Shown here piece by piece: positions 36,814 to 44,490 of a stretch of DNA of 64,000 nucleotides. The stretch comes from Rickettsiales bacterium (GTDB taxonomy: Bacteria; Pseudomonadota; Alphaproteobacteria; Rs-D84). The stretch spans positions 39,900 through 103,899 of the forward strand of contig JAITCH010000003.1 of NCBI GenBank assembly GCA_031283185.1. The letters are read 5' to 3'. The translations under genes were made by a program, and so were the position numbers. The notes under the pieces were generated by a model. It saw only the letters and a program-made list of their open reading frames with translations, was not told where the DNA came from and did no database searches. Numbering within the stretch: position 1 is the first letter of the stretch; each line of letters begins with the position of its first letter.

Positions 36814-38646
36814 ATGACAAAGTTGCGTATAATTTTTATTGCTTTGATTTCGTGCTTTGTCCTGACCGACACGCAGGCGGTCGCGCCATCGCGTGAAAAT
36901 TCCCGCACCACTACAACTGCGGACACTTCACAAACCACTCAATCCCGTTCCGCCGCTGAAAGTCCCCCTCAAAGGCGAAGGGGTGGCGGCGAAGCCGCCG
37001 GGGTAGTGGATAAAAAAAATCAAACAACTCAATCCCGTTCCGCCACAACACAACCTCGTTCCAACATCGCCCGTTCAGCCGCCACAAATAATAATGTCAT
37101 CCCACGGCTTGACCGGGGGATCTCGGCCGATAAATCTCGTTCCGCACTTCGCCGTGCGCCCGATAAAAATCCTAACGACTTAAAACCTTTACTCGCCCCG
37201 CGTTCCGTCCTCGCTCGCGCGGCGACTACTGCAACTCCCGGCACCAGTTTCGGCGATGCGGATTATAATACCTGTAAAGATGCTTATATGAATTGTATGG
37301 ATCAATTCTGTGGCGAGGCGGATGACACATATCATAGATGTATCTGCTCCAACAAGGTTGTTGACTTGCAGGCGCGTGCTGCGGCTGTGGAAAGCGCGAC
37401 TGCCGCATTGCAGAATTTCATTGCGGTTGATACTCTGACCATCGGTCTGGATGCCGAAGATGCCGTTGCGATGTTCAACGCGACAGAGGGCGAACTGGCG
37501 GTTCCAAAGGGCGAAGATAAATCCGCATTCGCGGGTAAATTGGATGACATTGCAAACCAGTTGCTTGGCGCGTCCAGTTCTAAAAGCCCGGCTAAGAAAT
37601 CTGCGGGCTCAAAATTTACGACTATTGACCTTAACGATCTCAGCGCGGATTTATTTGGCGGGAACAAGGGCGCGTCTGTGGATGTAAATCTGACCGGGGA
37701 TTCTCTTTATAATAATGTGCATTTGCAATGTTCGGATATGGTGGGCAAAATATGCTCGCAGAAAAATATCGGCCTTGTGGTGTCGCTTTATAAACAGGGT
37801 ATAAATAAGGATTGCGATGCCGCGGCCAAAAGTATGAAGGCCAAGGAAGACAATGTGAAAAAAGGCGTTACCAATACGCAGGTTGCATTGATGGAGGCGC
37901 GCTTAGAGGCGCACGAATCCCGCAATTCGCTTTCGGATTTGGAATGTTTGGAAGACGCGCTGAAACGAATGACCGATGATTTGGTTTGCGGCAAGGATTA
38001 TAGCAAGTGCCTTGATTTTTCGGGTCAGTATATAGATTCTCGCACGGGCAATCCGATTTATACTCCGAAATTTGGACACCTTGCGGATTGGCTGACGCTG
38101 CCGGACACGACCAAGAATCAGATGACGATGCGCGATGTTCCTGCGAACGCAGTGTTTATAAACAAATTGGATGAAATGCGGATATTCATAGAAAAAGATG
38201 TGTTGAAAAATTGCCAAAGTGTAGCGGACAGAATTTGGGGTCAAGTGGTTGATCGTGCGCTGATCGAGATTAAGAACGCGCAGCGGGACAAGGTTGATCA
38301 GGTGCGCGATCAGTGTATTGCGAAATTGGGAAGTTGCTTGGATGTGCAGACTGGCGCGTTTGACGGATTGAGGGATATTGTAGAGGGCACTCCGACAACG
38401 GCGAGTCCCAAGGCAGGCGAGGATGTGTTAAAGGGTCGTGATCCGAGCAGCCCCGAGGCGGTAGATTTGGCACTTGTTATATGCGAAGAATTAAAAAAGT
38501 CGTGTATTAGTGTATATGGCGATGTATTTGGGCAGTATTTGGAAGACGCGCTTAGCCGGACGCGGGCTATATGTACTTCGACATTAAAGGGCAAATGGAC
38601 GACTGCTGCGGATGGCACGCAGCAATGCCATATCATATTTCAATAA
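36814..38646 (+). CDS. secreted cysteine-motif family protein, member 4
   Basis: 610 aa; signal MTKLRIIFIALISCFVLTDTQA; CKDAYMNCMDQFCGEADDTYHRCICS at 37273-37350; second motif ECLEDALKRMTDDLVCGKDYSKC. Confidence 0.88.
   Translation: MTKLRIIFIALISCFVLTDTQAVAPSRENSRTTTTADTSQTTQSRSAAESPPQRRRGGGEAAGVVDKKNQTTQSRSATTQPRSNIARSAATNNNVIPRLDRGISADKSRSALRRAPDKNPNDLKPLLAPRSVLARAATTATPGTSFGDADYNTCKDAYMNCMDQFCGEADDTYHRCICSNKVVDLQARAAAVESATAALQNFIAVDTLTIGLDAEDAVAMFNATEGELAVPKGEDKSAFAGKLDDIANQLLGASSSKSPAKKSAGSKFTTIDLNDLSADLFGGNKGASVDVNLTGDSLYNNVHLQCSDMVGKICSQKNIGLVVSLYKQGINKDCDAAAKSMKAKEDNVKKGVTNTQVALMEARLEAHESRNSLSDLECLEDALKRMTDDLVCGKDYSKCLDFSGQYIDSRTGNPIYTPKFGHLADWLTLPDTTKNQMTMRDVPANAVFINKLDEMRIFIEKDVLKNCQSVADRIWGQVVDRALIEIKNAQRDKVDQVRDQCIAKLGSCLDVQTGAFDGLRDIVEGTPTTASPKAGEDVLKGRDPSSPEAVDLALVICEELKKSCISVYGDVFGQYLEDALSRTRAICTSTLKGKWTTAADGTQQCHIIFQ
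36962..37009. repeat. degenerate family B element in-frame in member 4
   Basis: gtccccctcaaaggcgaaggggtggcggcgaagccgccggggtagtgg, translated SPPQRRRGGGEAAGVV. Confidence 0.7.
37096..37128. repeat. family A element in-frame in member 4
   Basis: gtcatcccacggcttgaccgggggatctcggcc, translated VIPRLDRGISA. Confidence 0.85.
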
Positions 38647-38657
38647 ATCAAAATAAA

Positions 38658-38708
38658 TTCCCCGCCAATGGTGGCGGGGTGTCCGGCTTTGCCGGACGGG
38701 GTGGTTAG
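38658..38708. repeat. family B palindromic element
   Basis: ttccccgccaatggtggcggggtgtccggctttgccggacggggtggttag. Confidence 0.85.
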
Positions 38709-38762
38709 AAAATTTCCCTTGCCAACCGCTAAAATCCCGCTATAATCACATACAAATAAATA

Positions 38763-38795
38763 AGTCATTGCCCGGCTTGACCGGGCAATCTCGGC
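38763..38795. repeat. family A palindromic element
   Basis: gtcattgcccggcttgaccgggcaatctcggcc. Confidence 0.85.
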
Positions 38796-38810
38796 CACCA
38801 AGGGGAAATT

Positions 38811-39098
38811 ATGGCGAAAGACGACGCGATTGTAATGAACGGCGAGATAACGGAAAAACTTCCGAATACTATGTTTCGTGTGAAACTTGAAAACGGACAT
38901 ATGATATTGGGCACAGTTTCCGGCAAGATTCGCAAGCATAATGTGTGGGTTGCCGTGGGTCATAAAGTGCAGGTTGAAATGACGCCGTATGATTTGAATC
39001 GCGGCCGGATTATATTCCGCGAGAAAGAGGTAAAGCCAGGTGCCGCGCCGACCGCAACACCTGCCGCACCAACCGAAGAAAATAAACCCGCCCTATAA
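38811..39098 (+). CDS. infA: translation initiation factor IF-1 with Pro/Ala/Thr-rich C-terminal extension
   Basis: 95 aa; S1-like core [33 protein letters not shown]...[16 protein letters not shown]. Confidence 0.93.
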   Translation: MAKDDAIVMNGEITEKLPNTMFRVKLENGHMILGTVSGKIRKHNVWVAVGHKVQVEMTPYDLNRGRIIFREKEVKPGAAPTATPAAPTEENKPAL

Positions 39099-39147
39099 TT
39101 CCCCGCCAATGGTGGCGGGGTGGCGGCTTTGCCGCCGGGGTGGTTAG
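39099..39147. repeat. family B palindromic element
   Basis: ttccccgccaatggtggcggggtggcggctttgccgccggggtggttag. Confidence 0.85.
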
Positions 39148-39173
39148 AATAAAAAAATAAAAAGGAAAACCAA

Positions 39174-39536
39174 ATGTTCTCAGTTCTTTTAACCGCATTG
39201 ATAGTCGTAACGATTTTGATGATTGGGGTAATACTCTTGCAAAAATCCGAAGGTTCGGGAATGTCTGGGTCAAGCGCGGCATCAATGTTCGCGGGCGTGT
39301 TGACCGGCGCGAGCGCAGGGAATTTCTTGACCAAGTTGACGGCGATATTGGCGGCGTTGTTTTTCGCGCTTTGTATGGCATTGGCGATTGTGGTTTCTAA
39401 TCAGGGCAATACTAGACCGACATCTGATTTACGGAGAGAGTTGGCTGCTGCGGCAGAAATCACGGACGAGCCACAGGCGGAAATTCCTACTGCGGATAAT
39501 GTTCCTGTCGAACCTATCCAAATCCCAGAAGATTAA
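39174..39536 (+). CDS. secG: preprotein translocase subunit SecG
   Basis: 120 aa; ILLQKSEGSGMSGS...FLTKLTAILAALFF typical SecG, with acidic C-terminal extension. Confidence 0.88.
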   Translation: MFSVLLTALIVVTILMIGVILLQKSEGSGMSGSSAASMFAGVLTGASAGNFLTKLTAILAALFFALCMALAIVVSNQGNTRPTSDLRRELAAAAEITDEPQAEIPTADNVPVEPIQIPED

Positions 39537-39553
39537 AGAAAAAATTAAAGAAA

Positions 39554-39586
39554 AATTCCCCTCCGATGTGGAGGGGAATTTTTTTA
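39554..39586 (+). terminator. strong intrinsic terminator after secG
   Basis: 11-bp stem aattcccctcc/ggaggggaatt, 5-nt loop, T-run. Confidence 0.8.
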
Positions 39587-39624
39587 TGTTTCTTTAACCA
39601 TAAAATTATGATAAAATACTTTCA

Positions 39625-40386
39625 ATGAAACTCAATAATTTCATCTTTATTGCGGCATCAATTTTCGCAGTTTTTTCTGCGACAAATGCATTTGCATTGG
39701 ATCTTTCAAAACTTGATTCCGCTGTCGCGGAAAAAAGAAATTCTCCCAGTCAAGATTTGAATAGTTGCATAGCCAGGGTTGTGCAATCCGATAAGATTGT
39801 GGGTAAAAAACTTTCCGAGGGAAAAGAAAAAGAGATTATAGATAAAGAATGTGCCAAAGAAATTGCAGCGAATTCAGCGAAAACAACTGCTGCTCCGATG
39901 GCGCAGAAATCGCAGGTCGGAGAGAAAACGACTGACCCGGAAGTGTTGAAACAGATTAAAGAAGAAAAGGCAGATCAGCAGATTCACGCGGCGGGCAAAT
40001 CCGATGCGCCAGAGTTGAAATTAAAAACGCGCAAGGTTGGGCTTGATAACGATGCAGAGATTGCGCGGATTGAAAAATCCGTTAGTGATAAACCAAAGGC
40101 TCCCGCTATTGCTGCGGCGCCAGCGAAGAGCGAGAATTCCATAGCAGAAATTGATAAAGAAATTGCTTCATTGAAACAGGATCTTGCGAAAGAGGAAAAG
40201 AAAGAATCGCAGCCGCAGCGGGAACTTACCGAAAAGGAAAAGGCCGAGGTTGCATTGCTGACGAAAAATTTTGAGGATGCGACTAAGAATAAAGAAGTTA
40301 ACGATAAAAATGTTGCGGCATTTGAGAAACTCGTTAATGATTTTGAAGCGGCGATGAAAAAATACGGAATAAACCTCGCCGGATAA
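39625..40386 (+). CDS. secreted Lys/Glu-rich coiled-coil protein
   Basis: 253 aa; signal MKLNNFIFIAASIFAVFSATNAFA; TGATAAAAT box ends 7 nt before ATG. Confidence 0.75.
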   Translation: MKLNNFIFIAASIFAVFSATNAFALDLSKLDSAVAEKRNSPSQDLNSCIARVVQSDKIVGKKLSEGKEKEIIDKECAKEIAANSAKTTAAPMAQKSQVGEKTTDPEVLKQIKEEKADQQIHAAGKSDAPELKLKTRKVGLDNDAEIARIEKSVSDKPKAPAIAAAPAKSENSIAEIDKEIASLKQDLAKEEKKESQPQRELTEKEKAEVALLTKNFEDATKNKEVNDKNVAAFEKLVNDFEAAMKKYGINLAG

Positions 40387-40390
40387 AAAA

Positions 40391-40429
40391 TTCCCTGCCC
40401 CCTTGAGGGGCGGGGTTGGGGGTGGGGGT
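40391..40429. repeat. family C palindromic element
   Basis: ttccctgcccccttgaggggcggggttgggggtgggggt. Confidence 0.8.
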
Positions 40430-40454
40430 AATTAAAAACTAAAAGGAAGATGAA

Positions 40455-40700
40455 ATGAGAAAACTTTTAATTATTTGCGGAATAATGGCATTGGCTGTTG
40501 GGTCTGTTCGTGCGGACGACTGGGTTAATCCGACCGAAGAAGGTATGTGTGAGATTACGGATTCGGCGGTGCAGACTTATAGGGGCTTGGAAGACAATTT
40601 TGATAAAATGGATTTTTATAGCGAGTTGATAGTTCGGTGTGGTTGTCCGACTGGTGGCGGCAAAGTCCAAATATTTAGCAAAAAAGTCGTTTGCGATTAA
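40455..40700 (+). CDS. small secreted Cys-containing protein
   Basis: 81 aa; signal MRKLLIICGIMALAVGSVRA; SD AAGGAAG. Confidence 0.7.
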   Translation: MRKLLIICGIMALAVGSVRADDWVNPTEEGMCEITDSAVQTYRGLEDNFDKMDFYSELIVRCGCPTGGGKVQIFSKKVVCD

Positions 40701-40770
40701 CGGAATTAAAAACGATTGCCTAAATGATTTTCTAGTGGTATAATGTTAATGTAAGCGAAAGGAGGCAAAT

Positions 40771-41100
40771 ATGTCCCTAATCAAAAAAATCCTTTTTCCC
40801 GCGATTTTGGTTGTTGCGATGACGACCGCGGCTGACGCGTGGCAAATGGAAACGCAACGCACCCTTGGCAGTGGCGAGGGGGCGAATCAGAATGTTTTGG
40901 TCAAATGCACGACTTCGGCTGGTAAGACTTCGGGTCAGACTTGCGCGTTGCGTAGATACGCGAAATGCGCTAAGAATGCGAGCGGCAAGCAGGTGTGTAA
41001 TGGTTGGAACCAGTGGTCGGATATCAGGAATCCCGGCAAGGGCTATTCGACTTGGCAGTCTGCTGCGACCGAATGCTGTTCCGCCAAAGGCTTGAAGTAA
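40771..41100 (+). CDS. small secreted Cys-rich protein
   Basis: 109 aa; signal peptide; 7 Cys; TGGTATAAT promoter and AAGGAGG SD upstream. Confidence 0.75.
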   Translation: MSLIKKILFPAILVVAMTTAADAWQMETQRTLGSGEGANQNVLVKCTTSAGKTSGQTCALRRYAKCAKNASGKQVCNGWNQWSDIRNPGKGYSTWQSAATECCSAKGLK

Positions 41101-41180
41101 TAAATTCCCCGTCCATATATCGTCATTCCGGCGCGAATGCATAGGTATTCGCACTTTGATTTAACAACAAGGAGAGAGAA

Positions 41181-41783
41181 GTGATAAACAAAAAATTATT
41201 AATAATAAATGGGGCAGTCATAATTGGGCTTATAGCCGCCTTTTATTTTTATACGCCGACACAAAGCACAGAAGGTCTGTCCGAAGAAACCTGTGAAAAA
41301 ATAGACAGAGAAATTAAAGATGCAGTCGGATATAATTCTAAAATTAGCAATGCCAAGGAACTTGCCGATATTTTTTCCAAAGTTTGCCACAATAATAAAA
41401 TTAAAAAGCCGCAAGTTGTTGTGAAGGTGAAAACTTTGCCGAAAGAAACCTGTGTGGCGATTGAAGAATCGCTGTTGCCCAGAACAACTGGGGCTAATGA
41501 ATATGCAGAAGGTTCGTATAGTAAAATTGAAAGAGCCAATACTTATATTGATTTAAGCGAACGGGGATGTGCGGAAAACCGAGATAAATTCAGAAAACTT
41601 GCTGTGCGGGAAATTGAGATTGGCCGCGCTTTGATTTATGAGATAAAAGACAAATATACAATCGCTAGATTTGTGAATATCTATCAACGCCTTGGAATGA
41701 CACAAGAGGCAGAATCCATAATAGATGAATTTAGAAAAGCGAATCTTTCCGAAGACGAGATAAGGAAAAGGTTGGAACAATAA
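41181..41783 (+). CDS. membrane-anchored hypothetical protein
   Basis: 200 aa; GTG start after AAGGAGAGAG; N-terminal TM LLIINGAVIIGLIAAFYFY. Confidence 0.7.
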   Translation: MINKKLLIINGAVIIGLIAAFYFYTPTQSTEGLSEETCEKIDREIKDAVGYNSKISNAKELADIFSKVCHNNKIKKPQVVVKVKTLPKETCVAIEESLLPRTTGANEYAEGSYSKIERANTYIDLSERGCAENRDKFRKLAVREIEIGRALIYEIKDKYTIARFVNIYQRLGMTQEAESIIDEFRKANLSEDEIRKRLEQ

Positions 41784-41817
41784 ATTAAATCCGGGCGGGG
41801 AGTAGTTGTCAATACAA

Positions 41818-42046
41818 TTCCCCTCCAAGGTGGAGGGGTGCGCCCTAAGGGCGCGGGGTGGTTGGTGCTTATCCATTCCCAATCGTCATCCCCGCGGCTT
41901 GTCGCGCCGTAGCGAAGCGTAGGCGGAAGGCCGGGGTAGTGGTAATAAGTCATCCCCCGGCTTGACCGGGGGATCACGGCCTTATATTTTCCTGCCCCCG
42001 TTGCCGGGGGCGGGATGTCGGGCCAAGCCCGACAAGGTGGGGGTAG
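41818..42046. repeat. pile-up of four palindromic elements (B, A/B hybrid, A, C)
   Basis: 41818-41865 (B), 41885-41943 (hybrid), 41949-41981 (A), 41989-42046 (C), back to back. Confidence 0.85.
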
Positions 42047-42055
42047 TTTTACAAT

Positions 42056-42213
42056 TTGCACATATGAATAAAATCTGATATAATAAATTCAACCAAAGGG
42101 TCAAAAAATGGCAGAAACCTACACACACACACACACACACATCTAAACATTAATAAGCCAAATTTTGCAACGAATTAATTATGCGCCAAGGCATTCCGCC
42201 TCGGCGCATTTTT
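42056..42213 (+). promoter_or_regulatory. leader cassette copy 2: promoter, (AC)10 mini-ORF, terminator hairpin
   Basis: TTGCAC, 17-nt spacer, TGATATAAT (42079-42084); mini-ORF 42108-42146 (MAETYTHTHTHI*); hairpin 42181-42209 plus T4. Confidence 0.65.
42121..42141. repeat. (AC)10 dinucleotide microsatellite
   Basis: acacacacacacacacacaca inside the mini-ORF. Confidence 0.95.
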
Positions 42214-42241
42214 ATATAACCAAAAACAAAAGGAAGAAAAA

Positions 42242-42601
42242 ATGAAAATGAAACTTTTAATTGCGCTAATTGCATTTGGTGCAATCAATAATGCAATGGG
42301 TTGTTCATCAGTTTCGCATTCGGTTGAGACTGAGTATGAAGGACGTGTAGTAAAGCAGTGTGGTTATGATAAAGAACTGCTTGAAGAATCCCGACAAGCA
42401 TTTAGGACTGCCTGTTCTGAAAGTGGAGGATATATTGAAGAAAAGACATATTGTCATTTTCCGGTAATGCTTAATATAGAGATTACAGGAATGGAAGAAA
42501 AATGTTCACAGATTCAAGCCAAGATGGGTGAATTTTCTGATTTGGAAATTTCGGTCTTGGACTATGGATATTGTGATTTAGGGATGGATCCTAAATCATA
42601 A
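42242..42601 (+). CDS. putative lipoprotein
   Basis: 119 aa; MKMKLLIALIAFGAINNAMGC lipobox-like. Confidence 0.7.
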   Translation: MKMKLLIALIAFGAINNAMGCSSVSHSVETEYEGRVVKQCGYDKELLEESRQAFRTACSESGGYIEEKTYCHFPVMLNIEITGMEEKCSQIQAKMGEFSDLEISVLDYGYCDLGMDPKS

Positions 42602-42627
42602 TAATTAAGTATCCTTGGCGGGTTTAG

Positions 42628-42653
42628 CGGTAAGGGGCATCTCACCCCTTCCC
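42628..42653. terminator. hairpin between convergent genes (variant of conserved module)
   Basis: ggtaaggggcatctcaccccttccc then GAAAC. Confidence 0.5.
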
Positions 42654-42662
42654 GAAACTATT

Positions 42663-43682
42663 TTAATTATTTTTCACATTAGGTGGTCGTTCAATTTGTT
42701 TTTGGGTGGCTTTCAAGTTTTCCAAAAAATGCCGCTCTATATCCGATACATCAGAACCCAAAGCGCGATACTTAGCAAACTCATCCAGGGCTTTTTCATC
42801 TGCCTGCCGCTTGGATATTGTTCCGGCATCTGCCAATAACTTTTTTCCGCCGAGCGCAAGGAATTCATCCAACTTTTTTACCCAGTCTTTCATAAACATA
42901 GACACTTCATTCGTCGCCTGCATTTCTGCAAATTCCAAATAGGCAGTTGTAATTTTATTCAAAGTATCAAGTTCTTTATCATTAAGATAATTTTTCGCCA
43001 CTACCACATCCATCTTTTGTGGGCGCGAACCCGTCCAACTTTTAAGTCCCATAAATGGCTGACCTGCATCTGCCCGTTCATACTGCAATTCTGCCGCAGT
43101 GTGTCCGTGCGCTGCGAAGTGCATTTTGTTCTGCACTATTCTAAAAAATTCCAATGTTTCAACTGCATTTGGATCGTAATCCATAGATGTAGCATAAATA
43201 TCAAGAATCTGACGATAGAATACTCGCTCACTAGACCTTATATCACGAATACGGGCGAGCAGTTCTTTCCAATATCCGCCTCCACTGGATATTTTCAGTA
43301 GTTCGTCATTAAGTGCGAATCCTTTGCGTGCATATTCTGATAAAATCTCGGTTGCCCAACGGCGGAATTGTGTCCCGATGCGGGACTTGACTCGATACCC
43401 GACGGCAATAATCATTTCAAGATTGTAAGAGCGGATTTTATCATTTACTTGTCCGCGGAATCCACGATTCACGGCTTGTAAGAAATCCTTACAAGTCGCA
43501 TTTTCAGCCAATTCTTCATCTTCGTAGATGTTTTTTATGTGTTGAGTAATGTTTTGAGTGGTGGTTTGGAAAAGGTCGGACATCTGTGCCTGAGATAGCC
43601 ATACATTGCCATCGGTTAAGCGAACGGACAACTTAGTTTTTCCATCTTCTGCGGAATAGATTATAAGTTCTTGTTTGTCCAT
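42663..43682 (-). CDS. RhuM family virulence/defence-island protein
   Basis: 339 aa; LIIYSAEDGKTKLSVRLTDGNVWLSQAQMSDLFQTTTQNITQHIKNIYEDEEL is the typical RhuM N-terminus. Confidence 0.85.
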   Translation of the reverse strand: MDKQELIIYSAEDGKTKLSVRLTDGNVWLSQAQMSDLFQTTTQNITQHIKNIYEDEELAENATCKDFLQAVNRGFRGQVNDKIRSYNLEMIIAVGYRVKSRIGTQFRRWATEILSEYARKGFALNDELLKISSGGGYWKELLARIRDIRSSERVFYRQILDIYATSMDYDPNAVETLEFFRIVQNKMHFAAHGHTAAELQYERADAGQPFMGLKSWTGSRPQKMDVVVAKNYLNDKELDTLNKITTAYLEFAEMQATNEVSMFMKDWVKKLDEFLALGGKKLLADAGTISKRQADEKALDEFAKYRALGSDVSDIERHFLENLKATQKQIERPPNVKNN

Positions 43683-43764
43683 TTGTGTGCGAGCCGTTTA
43701 TTTTCAAATCATTATACCATAATGCTTTGGCATTTCCAGTATTTTGGATTGCGGGTGGTTGAAA

Positions 43765-44406
43765 CTATTCCCCGCTACCCATCAGTTGTTTTAATTTAGT
43801 CAGCATTTCCTGACCTGCGCCGCCGAACATTGGCAAGTAATTTTCATATCCCAACATATCCGCTTGCACTTCCGCTCTCAGCCGTTCGGTCGGCACGCCG
43901 CCCAATGCCTGGCTGGCGCGGAACCACAATCCGGTTGCCGTATCATATTTTATAACATTCGCCCAAACCGAAGACAATTCCGGGTTCCCGGCGAGCGCGG
44001 CCGCAATTTGTTCACGCCATCCATCGCCGCTTTTCTTGACGATTGCCAGGTCTTTAATCTGCTGCATATTTATCTGGTCGGGCTTCCAAATACGAAGTTC
44101 TCTGTTCAGTTCGGATATTTCGCCGCTTGAAAATTTCTCGCCGTTTGATTGTGTTTCCATTGCGCCGTCAAAGGGCAGCAGTTCCGGGTCGATAGAGTCG
44201 CGTCCTCCGCGTCCTTCGCGGAGATTTTTTATATGCCGCGCCAGCAGGTCGCCGGTGGGCAGCCGCCCGAGTTCAGAGATAACATCGGCGGTGCCTTCGG
44301 CCATAAAGATCGGATTAAGCGTTGCCCATTTGCCGTTGATGACATGATATTGGCGATAAAGGTTCAGCAATTTTTGCGCGATTACTTGCGGCTTTGCATC
44401 TTTCAT
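43765..44406 (-). CDS. hypothetical protein
   Basis: 213 aa; SD GGGGGAGAG; no recognisable domain. Confidence 0.7.
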   Translation of the reverse strand: MKDAKPQVIAQKLLNLYRQYHVINGKWATLNPIFMAEGTADVISELGRLPTGDLLARHIKNLREGRGGRDSIDPELLPFDGAMETQSNGEKFSSGEISELNRELRIWKPDQINMQQIKDLAIVKKSGDGWREQIAAALAGNPELSSVWANVIKYDTATGLWFRASQALGGVPTERLRAEVQADMLGYENYLPMFGGAGQEMLTKLKQLMGSGE

Positions 44407-44425
44407 TTTCTCTCCCCCATAATAA

Positions 44426-44486
44426 ATGTCATCCCGGGGCGGTTCGCGGCGTAGCGCAGCGAAGACGGATGACCCCGGGATCTTGC
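44426..44486. repeat. family A element with internal insertion
   Basis: gtcatcccggggcggttcgcggcgtagcgcagcgaagacggatgaccccgggatcttgcc. Confidence 0.8.
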
Positions 44487-44490
44487 CATA

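Noticed and set aside
38658-38708. Family B elements as tRNA-like or other structured ncRNA genes
   Set aside because: They form two consecutive hairpins, but they lack a cloverleaf, conserved T or D loops, and an acceptor stem. Copy number, in-frame CDS insertions and hybrid forms fit REP/RPE-type repeats better.
26733-42141. Whether the (AC)n tracts and the many short palindromes could be a CRISPR array
   Set aside because: There are no regularly spaced identical repeats with unique spacers of constant length and no cas genes. The elements are dispersed, imperfect and of several families.
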